From positions 1,090 to 65,089 of the forward strand of contig JBBRQA010000001.1 of NCBI GenBank assembly GCA_038227085.1: DNA of 64,000 nucleotides, given 5' to 3'. Below, one piece after another: positions 1 to 9,688 of this stretch (the stretch's first letter is position 1; each line of letters opens with the position of its first letter). The translations under genes and the position numbers were made by a program. Origin of the DNA: Burkholderiales bacterium (GTDB lineage Bacteria > Pseudomonadota > Gammaproteobacteria > Burkholderiales > Usitatibacteraceae). The notes under the pieces are model-generated. The model had not been told where the DNA came from, did not search any database, and was given only the letters and a program-made list of their open reading frames with translations.

Positions 1-1
1 G

Positions 2-490
2 ATGCCGATCTACGGGACGTCGATCGGATTGAGCGCCTCGACCATCGGGCTCATCTTCGGGGCGTTCGCGGCCGCCACCTTCCTCGTGCGCCTCGCCCTG
101 CCGTGGCTGTCGCGGCGCATGCGCGAGTGGCGCATGATCACCGTCACATTCTGCATCGCGGGCGCCGCCTACGCGATTTTCCCGATGGCGCGCGAGGTCG
201 AGGTCCTGGCCTCGATTGCTTTCCTTCTCGGCCTGGGCCTGGGCGCCACGCAGCCGTCGATCATGTCGCTCATCTACGCCACCGCGCCCGTGGGTCGTGC
301 GGGCGAGGCGGTGGGCGTGCGCACCGTGGTGCTGAACGCGAGCCAGACGTTCCTGCCGCTCATGTTCGGCGGCCTCGGCGCGGCGGTGGGAATGTCGCCG
401 GTGTTCTGGAGCATGGCCTCGGCGCTCGCCACCGGGGGCTGGTTCGCGAACCGCCGCAGGCGTTTCCTGGAGCGCTCCGGGGGCGTTTGA
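2..490 (+). CDS. MFS-type transporter, C-terminal fragment (5' end outside window)
   Basis: ORF open at the window edge. The translation is a run of hydrophobic TM segments (GLIFGAFAAATFLVRL..., LLGLGLGATQPS...) typical of an MFS C-terminal half. Confidence 0.6.
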   Translation: MPIYGTSIGLSASTIGLIFGAFAAATFLVRLALPWLSRRMREWRMITVTFCIAGAAYAIFPMAREVEVLASIAFLLGLGLGATQPSIMSLIYATAPVGRAGEAVGVRTVVLNASQTFLPLMFGGLGAAVGMSPVFWSMASALATGGWFANRRRRFLERSGGV

Positions 491-559
491 TGGCGCACTG
501 CACAATTCGCCCAAGTGCTTGTGTTAAAATGCGATTTTGCTGATTTCGGAGAGCCCTGC

Positions 560-910
560 ATGCCCATCTACGAATATCGCTGCGCCGCCTGCGGACACCA
601 GCAGGAATTCCTGCAGAAGGTGAGCGATGCGCCGATGACGGTGTGCACGAAGTGCGGCAAGCCCGCCTTCGAGAAGATGGTCACCGCCGCCGGCTTCCAG
701 CTGAAGGGCAGCGGGTGGTACGCGACCGATTTCAAGAACAGCGGCTCGAAGCCGGCGCCGACGACCACGCCGGCGAAAGCGAAGACCGATTCGAAGCCGG
801 GCGATGCCACGACCCCGGGCGATGCAAAGCCCGCGAGTGAGACCAAGACGTCGAGCGACAGCTCGAGCACCCCTTCCACGCCGCCAGCCACGCCCGCCGC
901 ATCAAAATGA
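560..910 (+). CDS. FmdB/CxxC_CxxC_SSSS family zinc-ribbon protein with low-complexity tail
   Basis: MPIYEYRCAACGH...CTKCG gives two CxxC pairs. The C-terminus is Pro/Thr/Ser/Lys-rich. The internal ATG at 560 fits the family N-terminus. Confidence 0.85.
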   Translation: MPIYEYRCAACGHQQEFLQKVSDAPMTVCTKCGKPAFEKMVTAAGFQLKGSGWYATDFKNSGSKPAPTTTPAKAKTDSKPGDATTPGDAKPASETKTSSDSSSTPSTPPATPAASK

Positions 911-1551
911 TGGTGACGCTGCGGCGCTATTTCGTCGCCGGCCTCCTCGTCTGGATTCCGCTCGGCATAACGCTGTGGGTGCTGAAGCTCATCGTCGACG
1001 TGATGGACCTCTCCTTGCTGGCGGTGCCGGAGAATTTCCGCAGCGACAAGCTGTTCGGCTTCCACCTGCCCGGGCTCGGCATCATCCTCACGCTCGCCGT
1101 AGTCCTCGCCACGGGCGCGCTGGCCGCCAACTTCTTCGGCCGCAAGGTCCTGAAGCTCGGCGACTCGACGCTCTCGCGCATCCCGATCGTGCGCTCCATC
1201 TACGGCGGCGTGAAGCAGATCAGCGACACGCTCTTCTCGCCCGAAGGCAAGGCCTTCCGGCGCGCGGTGCTGGTGCGCTACCCGCACCAGGGCGCGTGGA
1301 CCGTCGCTCTCGTCACCGGTGCGCCCGAGCACGAGGTCGCCGCCAAGCTCGGCACCGAGCAGGTCTCGGTGTTCGTGCCCACCACGCCCAACATCACCTC
1401 GGGCTTCTTCCTCATCGTGCCGCGCACCGAGACCATCGAGCTCGACATGAGCGTCGACGCGGCCCTGAAGTACATCATCTCCATGGGAGTCGCCGAGCCG
1501 GCGGCGCGTGAGAAGAAGATCCAGGCCACGATAGCCACGCCGTCCCCGTGA
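907..1551 (+). CDS. DUF502 family membrane protein
   Basis: ATGA overlap with the upstream gene. N-terminal TM helices and conserved motifs ([27 protein letters not shown]). Confidence 0.8.
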   Translation: MMVTLRRYFVAGLLVWIPLGITLWVLKLIVDVMDLSLLAVPENFRSDKLFGFHLPGLGIILTLAVVLATGALAANFFGRKVLKLGDSTLSRIPIVRSIYGGVKQISDTLFSPEGKAFRRAVLVRYPHQGAWTVALVTGAPEHEVAAKLGTEQVSVFVPTTPNITSGFFLIVPRTETIELDMSVDAALKYIISMGVAEPAAREKKIQATIATPSP

Positions 1552-1633
1552 CCGAGCCTGCCCCGGCAAGCATCGGCCCGGGGGGCACCCAATCCATTGG
1601 ATCCCCGCCTTCGCGGGGGTGACGAAACAGAAA

Positions 1634-3403
1634 ATGCGAACTGAATACTGCGGCAACACCGACGCCCGATTCCTCGGGCAGACCGTCACCCTCTTCGGCT
1701 GGGCGCACCGGCGCCGCGACCATGGCGGCGTGATCTTCATCGACATGCGCGACCGCGAGGGCCTGGTGCAAGTGGTCTGCGATCCGGATCGCGCGGACAC
1801 CTTCAAGGCCGCCGACAGCGTGCGCAACGAGTTCGTGCTGCGTGTGGTGGGCAAGGTGCGTCGGCGTCCCGAGGGCACGGTGAACGCGAACCTGAAGAGC
1901 GGCGAGATCGAGGTCCTGGCCCACGAGCTGGAGATCCTGAACCCCGCGGTGACGCCGCCCTTCATGATCGACGAGGAGCACGTGAGCGAGGAGGTGCGGC
2001 TCAAGTACCGCTACCTCGACCTGCGCCGCGAGCCGATGCAGAAGGCGCTGAAGATGCGCCACGCCACGTCGCGCGCGGTGCGCGGCTACCTCGACGACAA
2101 CGGCTTCATCGACGTCGAGACCCCGGTGCTCTACAAGTCCACGCCCGAAGGCGCGCGCGAGTTCCTGGTGCCCTCGCGCCTGCACGACGGCCAGTTCTAC
2201 GCGCTGCCGCAGTCGCCGCAGCTCTTCAAGCAGCTGCTCATGGTGTCGGGCTTCGATCGCTACTACCAGATCGTGAAGTGCTTCCGCGACGAGGACCTGC
2301 GCGCCGACCGCCAGCCCGAGTTCACGCAGGTCGACATCGAGACCTCCTTCCTCACCGAGCGCGAGATCCAGGACCTGATGGAAGGCCTGGTGCACCACGT
2401 GTTCAAGCAGGTGCTCGGCGTGGACCTGCCGCCCTTCCCGCGCCTGACCCACGCCGAGGCCACCTCGAAATACGGCAGCGACAAGCCCGACCTGCGCGTG
2501 AAGCTGGAGCTGACCGAGCTCACCGACATCGTGCGCGACGCGAGCTTCAAGGTGTTCAAGTCGGCCGCGGAGCTGAAGGACGGGCGCGTCGCCGCGCTGC
2601 GCATTCCCGGCGGCAACGAGCAGTTCACCCGCAAGGAGCTGGACGACCTCACGCCCTTCGTCGCGATCTACGGCGCCAAGGGCCTCGCCTACATCCGCGT
2701 GAACGACCCGGCGAAGCTGAACGAGGAGGGCCTGCAATCGCCGATCGTGAAATTCCTCTCGCCCGAGATCCTCGCGAAGATCCTCGAGCGCACCGGCGCG
2801 AAGGCGGGCGACCTCCTCTTCTTCGGCGCCGACCGCCGCAAGATCGTGAACGACGCGCTGGGCGCTCTGCGCATGAAGGTGGGCCACGACAAGGGCCACG
2901 CCGAGGCCGGCTGGCGTCCGCTGTGGGTCGTGGATTTTCCCGCGTACGAATACGACGAGGAAGGCAAGCGCTGGGCGGCCGCGCACCATCCATTCACCGC
3001 GCCCAAGGACGAGCACGTGCAGTTCATGGAGAGCGACCCGGGCAAGGTTCTCGCCAAGGCGTACGACATCGCGCTGAACGGCTGGGAGATCGGCGGCGGC
3101 TCGGTGAGGATTCATCGCGCGGAGGTGCAGGCCAAGCAATTCCAGGTGCTCGGCATCAGCGAGGAGGAGCAGCGCGCCAAGTTCGGCTTCCTGCTCGACG
3201 CGCTCGCCTACGGCGCGCCGCCCCACGGCGGCGTCGCGTTCGGCTTCGACCGCCTGGTGGCGATGATGGCGGGCGTGGACCAGATCCGCGACGTGATCGC
3301 GTTCCCGAAAACGCAGCGCGGGCAGGACCTGATGGTCGAGGCTCCCAGCTCGGTCACCGAGAAGCAGCTTCGCGAGTTGCACCTCAAGCTGCGTAACGCG
3401 TAG
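1634..3403 (+). CDS. aspS: [13 protein letters not shown] ligase
   Basis: The N-terminus MRTEYCG...[10 protein letters not shown] matches the bacterial AspS pattern. Full-length class II aaRS motifs are present ([24 protein letters not shown]). Confidence 0.97.
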   Translation: MRTEYCGNTDARFLGQTVTLFGWAHRRRDHGGVIFIDMRDREGLVQVVCDPDRADTFKAADSVRNEFVLRVVGKVRRRPEGTVNANLKSGEIEVLAHELEILNPAVTPPFMIDEEHVSEEVRLKYRYLDLRREPMQKALKMRHATSRAVRGYLDDNGFIDVETPVLYKSTPEGAREFLVPSRLHDGQFYALPQSPQLFKQLLMVSGFDRYYQIVKCFRDEDLRADRQPEFTQVDIETSFLTEREIQDLMEGLVHHVFKQVLGVDLPPFPRLTHAEATSKYGSDKPDLRVKLELTELTDIVRDASFKVFKSAAELKDGRVAALRIPGGNEQFTRKELDDLTPFVAIYGAKGLAYIRVNDPAKLNEEGLQSPIVKFLSPEILAKILERTGAKAGDLLFFGADRRKIVNDALGALRMKVGHDKGHAEAGWRPLWVVDFPAYEYDEEGKRWAAAHHPFTAPKDEHVQFMESDPGKVLAKAYDIALNGWEIGGGSVRIHRAEVQAKQFQVLGISEEEQRAKFGFLLDALAYGAPPHGGVAFGFDRLVAMMAGVDQIRDVIAFPKTQRGQDLMVEAPSSVTEKQLRELHLKLRNA

Positions 3404-4330
3404 ATGCCCATCGCCCTCATCGCCCACGGCGGCGCGGGCAGCTGGCGCCCCGGATCCGAAGAGGATGCCATCGTGGGCGCGAAGGCGGCGGTCGAGGCAG
3501 GGCGCTCCGTCCTGCGTGCGGGCGGCTCCGCCCTCGATGCCGTGTGCGCGACGGTGGTGCTGCTCGAGGACAACCCGATCTTCAACGCGGGCACGGGCGC
3601 CGTCCTCAACTTTGACGGCTTCTGCGAGCTCGACGCCTGCGTGATGGTGAGCCGCGGCGCCTGCACGGGCGCGGTGGCGGCGCTGCAGCGCGTCAAGAAC
3701 CCGATCCTCGTGGCGCGCAAGGTGATGGAGGAGACCGATCACGTGATGCTCGCGGGCGAGGGCGCGCAGCGCTTCGCCCGCGTGATGGGATTTCCCGACC
3801 ATGACCCGTCCACCGCCGCGCGGCGCGCCGACTGGCACGACAAGAAGCAGCGCCTCGCGGAAGTTTTCGGCGAGAACAGCCTCAAGACGCGCCGCTTCCT
3901 CCAGGACCATCCCGAGTACGCGGGCGGCACGGTCGGCGCGGCCGCCGTGGACGCGAACGGAATCCTCGCCGCCGCCACCTCCACGGGGGGAGTGACCATG
4001 AAGCTCGCCGGGCGCGTGGGCGACTCGCCGATAGTGGGCGCGGGCAACTACGCGTCGCGCCACGTCGCGGCCTCGGCCACCGGCACCGGCGAATACGTGA
4101 TGCGCTCGCTCGCGGCGCGCGCAGTCTCCGAAAAGGTCGCCCTCGGCGCGACGCTCGCTCATGCGATGAAGGAAGTCCTCGCTGAGCTGGCGAGTGACTA
4201 CCAGGCCGACGTCGGCATGATCGCCGTGGATGGCGCCGGCACTCCGGTCGCGCGGCACCTCACGCGCGACATGCCGCACGCCTTCTTCGCCGGCGAGGAT
4301 GCCGTCGTCTCGCGCATGCGCCTGGCGTGA
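3404..4330 (+). CDS. isoaspartyl peptidase / L-asparaginase (Ntn hydrolase family)
   Basis: HGGAG N-terminus, a GTVGAAAVD nucleophile-Thr motif and TSTGG. Starts immediately after the aspS stop. Confidence 0.85.
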   Translation: MPIALIAHGGAGSWRPGSEEDAIVGAKAAVEAGRSVLRAGGSALDAVCATVVLLEDNPIFNAGTGAVLNFDGFCELDACVMVSRGACTGAVAALQRVKNPILVARKVMEETDHVMLAGEGAQRFARVMGFPDHDPSTAARRADWHDKKQRLAEVFGENSLKTRRFLQDHPEYAGGTVGAAAVDANGILAAATSTGGVTMKLAGRVGDSPIVGAGNYASRHVAASATGTGEYVMRSLAARAVSEKVALGATLAHAMKEVLAELASDYQADVGMIAVDGAGTPVARHLTRDMPHAFFAGEDAVVSRMRLA

Positions 4331-4770
4331 CGCACAAGATCCCGGTCTCGACGCTCGTCGTGATCCATACGCCGGATCTCCAGGTGTTGCTGCTCGAGCG
4401 CGCCGACCATCCCGGCTACTGGCAGTCGGTCACCGGCGGCCAGCACGAGGGCGAGGCCCTGCGCGACACCGCGATTCGCGAGGTGGGCGAGGAAACCGGG
4501 CTGCCCGCGGCGAGCTTCCCGCTCGTGGAATGGAACTTGGTGAACGTCTTCGAAATCTATCCCGTGTGGCGCCACCGCTACGCGCCCGAGGTGACCCACA
4601 ATACCGAGCACGTGTTCGGCCTCGAGGTCCCCGGGCCGCTGCCGGTGAGGGTGGCGCCGCGGGAGCATCTCGCGGCCCAGTGGCTGCCGTGGACGGAAGC
4701 GGCCGAGCGCGTGTTTTCCTGGAGCAACCGAAAGGCGATCCTCATGCTTCCCGACAGAAAGCGCGGCTGA
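4327..4770 (+). CDS. nudB: Nudix hydrolase, dihydroneopterin triphosphate diphosphatase-like
   Basis: Nudix box GGQHEGEALRDTAIREVGEETGL. The aspS-nudB neighbourhood matches enterobacterial synteny. GTG start overlaps the upstream stop. Confidence 0.8.
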   Translation: MTHKIPVSTLVVIHTPDLQVLLLERADHPGYWQSVTGGQHEGEALRDTAIREVGEETGLPAASFPLVEWNLVNVFEIYPVWRHRYAPEVTHNTEHVFGLEVPGPLPVRVAPREHLAAQWLPWTEAAERVFSWSNRKAILMLPDRKRG

Positions 4771-4772
4771 AA

Positions 4773-6487
<1,715 letters not shown>

Positions 6488-6565
6488 CTAGGGCAAAAGC
6501 GGCAAGGCCCCGCGGGACGATTTCCGTCTCCGGAGCCTCGCCTGCCTGGGCCTCGCGCGCCGATT

Positions 6566-6874
6566 TCAGTTGATCTGGACCTTGCGCCCGGTCACTGGGG
6601 CCTTTTTCGGCAGCGTGAGCTCGAGCACCCCGCCGGCGAATTTCGCCCGGGTCTCGCGCTTGGATTCCGCGGAGATCGTCACCTCGTTCCCCTCGATCTC
6701 CACCGCGATGCCTTCCTTGCGCACGCCGGGGAGCTCGGCCTGCACGATGTACGCGCTGGCGTTCTCGCGTACGTCGACGCGAATCGGGAGCGGCTCGGGT
6801 TTGTTCTCCCATACCAGGGCGGGAAAGAACTCATCGAAGAGCCTGGGGTTGCGAAGCAGCTGGTTCATGGTCAT
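6566..6874 (-). CDS. Hsp20/alpha-crystallin family small heat-shock protein, abnormally short (102 aa)
   Basis: IRVDVRENASAYIVQAELPGV...VEIEGNEVTISAE then directly AKFAGGVLELTLPKK. The central part of the alpha-crystallin domain appears to be missing. Confidence 0.7.
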   Translation of the reverse strand: MTMNQLLRNPRLFDEFFPALVWENKPEPLPIRVDVRENASAYIVQAELPGVRKEGIAVEIEGNEVTISAESKRETRAKFAGGVLELTLPKKAPVTGRKVQIN

Positions 6875-6915
6875 CTCCGTAGGGTTGGAGGGGCCGCTGT
6901 CGCCCCGGTACCGGG

Positions 6916-6943
6916 AGATAAGGACCGCTGCAGGCCTTTCAAG
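6916..6943 (-). promoter_or_regulatory. putative sigma-32 (RpoH) type promoter for the Hsp20 gene
   Basis: The minus strand reads CTTGAAA-N13-CCTTATCT, about 40 nt upstream of the Hsp20 ATG. It resembles the CTTGAAA/CCCCATnT consensus. Confidence 0.45.
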
Positions 6944-6966
6944 ACCCGGCCCGCCACGGGTTGCGA

Positions 6967-6975
6967 TGGTAAAAT
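6967..6975 (+). promoter_or_regulatory. putative extended -10 element (TGgTAAAAT) for the ECF sigma gene
   Basis: TGGTAAAAT ends 10 nt before the ATG at 6986. No Shine-Dalgarno lies in between. Confidence 0.35.
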
Positions 6976-6985
6976 TTCCCCGCAA

Positions 6986-7585
6986 ATGGCACCCGCGCCC
7001 ACTACCGCCGACCCGCGTTTCGCCGAGATAGAAAGCCATCGGCCGTACCTCGTCCGCTACGCGCTGTCCCAGCTGCGCGACGCCCAGCTCGCCGAGGAGG
7101 CGGTCCAGGAATGCCTCCTGGCGGCCCTGGAGAGTGTTGCGGGCTTCGGCGGGCGTTCGTCCCTGCGTACTTGGCTCACTTCGATCCTGCGCTTCAAGGT
7201 GATCGACCTGCAGCGGCGCGCGGTGGCCGACAGGAGCCAGCTCGAGCCCACCGACTTCGCCGCGGAGTCCGGCGACGACGGCTGGCACGACCAGCTCTTC
7301 GACGAGACCGGCCATTGGCGCGAGGCGCCCCGCGCCTGGAGCGACCCGGAGGCCGCCTTCGAGCAGCGCCGCTTCTGGGAGGCTTTCGAGGGCTGCCTCG
7401 ACAAGCTGCCCGCGGCGGGCGGGCGCGTTTTCTTCAAACGCGAGATCGTCGGCGAAGAGACCGACGTGATCTGTAAGGAAGAGGGCATCACGGCGTCCAA
7501 CTGCTGGGTCATCCTCCATCGTGCGCGCATCGCGCTGCGCACCTGCCTCGAGAAGAACTGGTTTGGAAAAGAAGCCACCCGCTGA
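6986..7585 (+). CDS. ECF (sigma-70 family) RNA polymerase sigma factor
   Basis: Region 2 (RPYLVRYALSQLRD...AEEAVQECLL...TWLTSILRFKVIDLQRR) and region 4 (GRVFFKREIVGEETDVICKEEGITASNCWVILHRAR). Confidence 0.9.
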   Translation: MAPAPTTADPRFAEIESHRPYLVRYALSQLRDAQLAEEAVQECLLAALESVAGFGGRSSLRTWLTSILRFKVIDLQRRAVADRSQLEPTDFAAESGDDGWHDQLFDETGHWREAPRAWSDPEAAFEQRRFWEAFEGCLDKLPAAGGRVFFKREIVGEETDVICKEEGITASNCWVILHRARIALRTCLEKNWFGKEATR

Positions 7586-7766
7586 AAGCGTCGATTGCCG
7601 CGCGGCTTCGCGCCTGCTGTCGATCGCCTATGACCGCAAGCTCTCCGCGGGCGAGTCCGAATCGCTCACCTATCATCTCGACCGCTGCCTGATGTGCCGC
7701 AACTTTGACTCGCAGCTGAAGTTCCTGCACCGCGCGAGCGAGAAGTTCCGCTCCGGAAACGGATAG
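7563..7766 (+). CDS. zf-HC2 (ZAS-type) anti-sigma factor, short and without a TM segment
   Basis: H-x3-C-x2-C motif (HLDRCLMC) plus an upstream Cys (VDC). Overlaps the sigma gene 3' end. Start uncertain: TTG at 7563 or GTG at 7521. Confidence 0.7.
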   Translation: MEKKPPAESVDCRAASRLLSIAYDRKLSAGESESLTYHLDRCLMCRNFDSQLKFLHRASEKFRSGNG

Positions 7767-7789
7767 AATTCCGGGTAGAAGGAGGATCC

Positions 7790-8089
7790 ATGTCCACCCG
7801 CAACAAGCTCATGCAGTCGGCTATCGCGAGCGTGCTCGCGATAGGTACGGTCCACGCGGCCGATGCCCAGGACACCAAGGGCGGCGCGAAGGAAAAGTGC
7901 TACGGAGTCGCCAAGGCGGGCCAGAACGATTGCGGCACCGCGCGCCACTCGTGCGCGGGCAAGGCCGCGCGCGACAACTTGCCGGAGGAATGGAAGTACG
8001 TGCCCAAGGGCACGTGCGAGAGCGTGGGCGGCAAGACCACCACGGGCGCCGCGGACACGTCCAAGGCTCCCAGGTTCATGGCGTACTAG
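7790..8089 (+). CDS. bufA: DUF2282 / BufA1-type bufferin RiPP precursor peptide
   Basis: Sec signal (…AIGTVHA|ADAQ) followed by [23 protein letters not shown]...[10 protein letters not shown] with 4 Cys. AGGAGG SD upstream. Confidence 0.85.
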   Translation: MSTRNKLMQSAIASVLAIGTVHAADAQDTKGGAKEKCYGVAKAGQNDCGTARHSCAGKAARDNLPEEWKYVPKGTCESVGGKTTTGAADTSKAPRFMAY

Positions 8090-8093
8090 CACG

Positions 8094-8942
8094 GTGCACC
8101 CTCCCGGGCTCGCGCCCGGCAGCGCCGGCATCGGGCTGCGCGCGCCGCACTACGCAGAGATCCTCGAGCGCCGTCCCGCGCTCGCTTTCCTAGAGGTCCA
8201 CAGCGAGAACTTCTTCGCCGCAGGCGGGGCCCCGCTCGACTGGCTCGAGCGCTTCCGCGCCTCCTATGCGCTCAGCCTTCACGGCGTGGGCCTGTCGCTG
8301 GGCTCGGCCGATCCGCTCGACCAGCGCCACCTCGCGAAGCTCGAGGCGTTGGTCGACCGCTTCGAGCCCGCGCTCGTCTCCGAGCACCTGTGCTGGTCGT
8401 CGATCGGCTCGCGCCACGCCAACGATCTCCTGCCGCTCCCGTACACCGAAGAGGCGCTCGACCACGTGGTCGAGCGCATCGAGCGCGTGCAGCAGCGCCT
8501 CGCGCGGCGGATCCTGGTGGAGAACGTGTCTTCCTATGTGCAGCTCGCGCACTCGACCATTCTCGAGTGGGACTTCGTCTGCGAGGTGGCGCGCCGCTCC
8601 GGGTGCGGCGTGCTGCTCGACGTGAACAACGTCTGGGTGAACTCGGTAAACCACGGCTTCGACGCGCGCCGCTACCTCGCCGCGATCGAGCCGTCGCTGG
8701 TGGGCGAAATCCATCTCGCCGGTTTCGAGCGCTCCGGCGAGCTGCTCATCGACACGCATGGCGCGCGCGTCGCCGCCGAAGTGTGGGGGCTCTACGCCGC
8801 CGCGCTGGCGCGCATCGGGCCGCGGCCCACGCTCATCGAGTGGGACACCGACATCCCGGCGCTCGACGTGTTGCTCGACGAGGCGCGCATCGCGCGCGCC
8901 CACCTCGCGGCGGCCGCGCCGGCGCGCGTGGAGATGGCGTGA
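8094..8942 (+). CDS. bufB: DUF692 / multinuclear non-heme iron oxidase (MNIO) family protein
   Basis: GIGLRAPHY...FLEVHSENF...LHGVGLSLGS...SEHLCW...LVENVSSY...EIHLAGF...LIDTHG...LIEWD. GTG start 5 nt after the bufA stop. Confidence 0.9.
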   Translation: MHPPGLAPGSAGIGLRAPHYAEILERRPALAFLEVHSENFFAAGGAPLDWLERFRASYALSLHGVGLSLGSADPLDQRHLAKLEALVDRFEPALVSEHLCWSSIGSRHANDLLPLPYTEEALDHVVERIERVQQRLARRILVENVSSYVQLAHSTILEWDFVCEVARRSGCGVLLDVNNVWVNSVNHGFDARRYLAAIEPSLVGEIHLAGFERSGELLIDTHGARVAAEVWGLYAAALARIGPRPTLIEWDTDIPALDVLLDEARIARAHLAAAAPARVEMA

Positions 8943-9688
8943 CGGGCTCGCTCGCTCGCGTGGAGGCCGATTTCCTCGACGCCATCCTCGATGCCCCCGG
9001 CGGCGTGCTGTCGCCTGGCATGGAGGTCTACCGGCGCAACGTGCGCGCCAACCTTGGTGGCGCGCTCGCCGCGGCCTATCCCGTCGTGCGCCGCCTCGTG
9101 GGCGCCGCCTTCTTCGACGAGGCGGCGCTGCGTTATGTGCGCGCCAACGCCTCGCGCAGCGGCGACCTGCACGAGTACGGCGGCGCTTTCGCATCGTTCC
9201 TGGAAGTCTACGAGCCGGCGCGCAAGCTCGCGTACCTCGCCGACGTCGCGCGCCTCGAGTGGGCCTGCCACGAGAGCCACTACGCGGCCGATGCGGAGCC
9301 CTTCGACATGGCGGCGCTCGCCCGGGTCACGGCCGAGTCCCTGGGCGAAGTACGCTTCCACCTCCACCCCGCCGCGCGCCTCATGCGCTCCGCTCATCCG
9401 ATCGCCGCGATCTGGGAAGCGAACCAGCGGCACCGGGATGGGACGCCCGCGAGGATCGACGGATCCGATCACGTCGTGGTCCGGCGCGAAGGCCTCGTCG
9501 TGCGGGTGCAGAGCGTGGACGCCGCCGAGTGGACGCTCCTCGCCGCCTTCGCCGCGGGCGCCGGCCTCGAGGCCGCGAGCGCCGCGCTCGCGCCCGGCGA
9601 CGCCCAGCGCATCCTCACCGAGTCGCTGGCGCGCTTCGTGCGCGACCAGGTCCTGTGCGGATTCACGCTTCCCGCTCCAGACGCATGA
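8939..9688 (+). CDS. bufC: DUF2063 domain protein (MNIO partner, BufC-like)
   Basis: Motifs YRRNVRANLGGAL...YPVVRRLVG...FF and DVARLEWA. GTGA overlap with the MNIO gene. Confidence 0.85.
   Translation: MTGSLARVEADFLDAILDAPGGVLSPGMEVYRRNVRANLGGALAAAYPVVRRLVGAAFFDEAALRYVRANASRSGDLHEYGGAFASFLEVYEPARKLAYLADVARLEWACHESHYAADAEPFDMAALARVTAESLGEVRFHLHPAARLMRSAHPIAAIWEANQRHRDGTPARIDGSDHVVVRREGLVVRVQSVDAAEWTLLAAFAAGAGLEAASAALAPGDAQRILTESLARFVRDQVLCGFTLPAPDA

Noticed and set aside
1552-1633. GC-rich hairpins (GCCCCGG...CCGGGGGGC and CCCCGCCTTCGCGGGG) between the DUF502 gene and aspS, as possible terminators or a T-box-like leader.
   Set aside because: No trailing U-tract and no T-box specifier or antiterminator features. 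Proteobacterial aspS is not known to use T-box control. Left unannotated.
1475-4279. 934 aa ORF antisense to aspS and the asparaginase gene. Similar very long ORFs occur at 24025-26175(-), 26340-28634(-), 56998-59490(-), 5078-6985(+), 33282-34874(-) and 62460-63965(-).
   Set aside because: Their translations are Arg/Ala/Gly/His-rich low-complexity sequence with no recognisable motifs. They lie opposite or out of frame to genes with strong homology signatures. These are typical stop-codon-poor shadow ORFs of high-GC DNA.
7755-7790. ECF-type promoter (GGAAAC ... ) immediately upstream of bufA.
   Set aside because: The GGAAAC lies only ~30 nt before the ATG, so any matching -10 would overlap the Shine-Dalgarno sequence. 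The geometry is implausible, and co-transcription with the sigma/anti-sigma genes is simpler.
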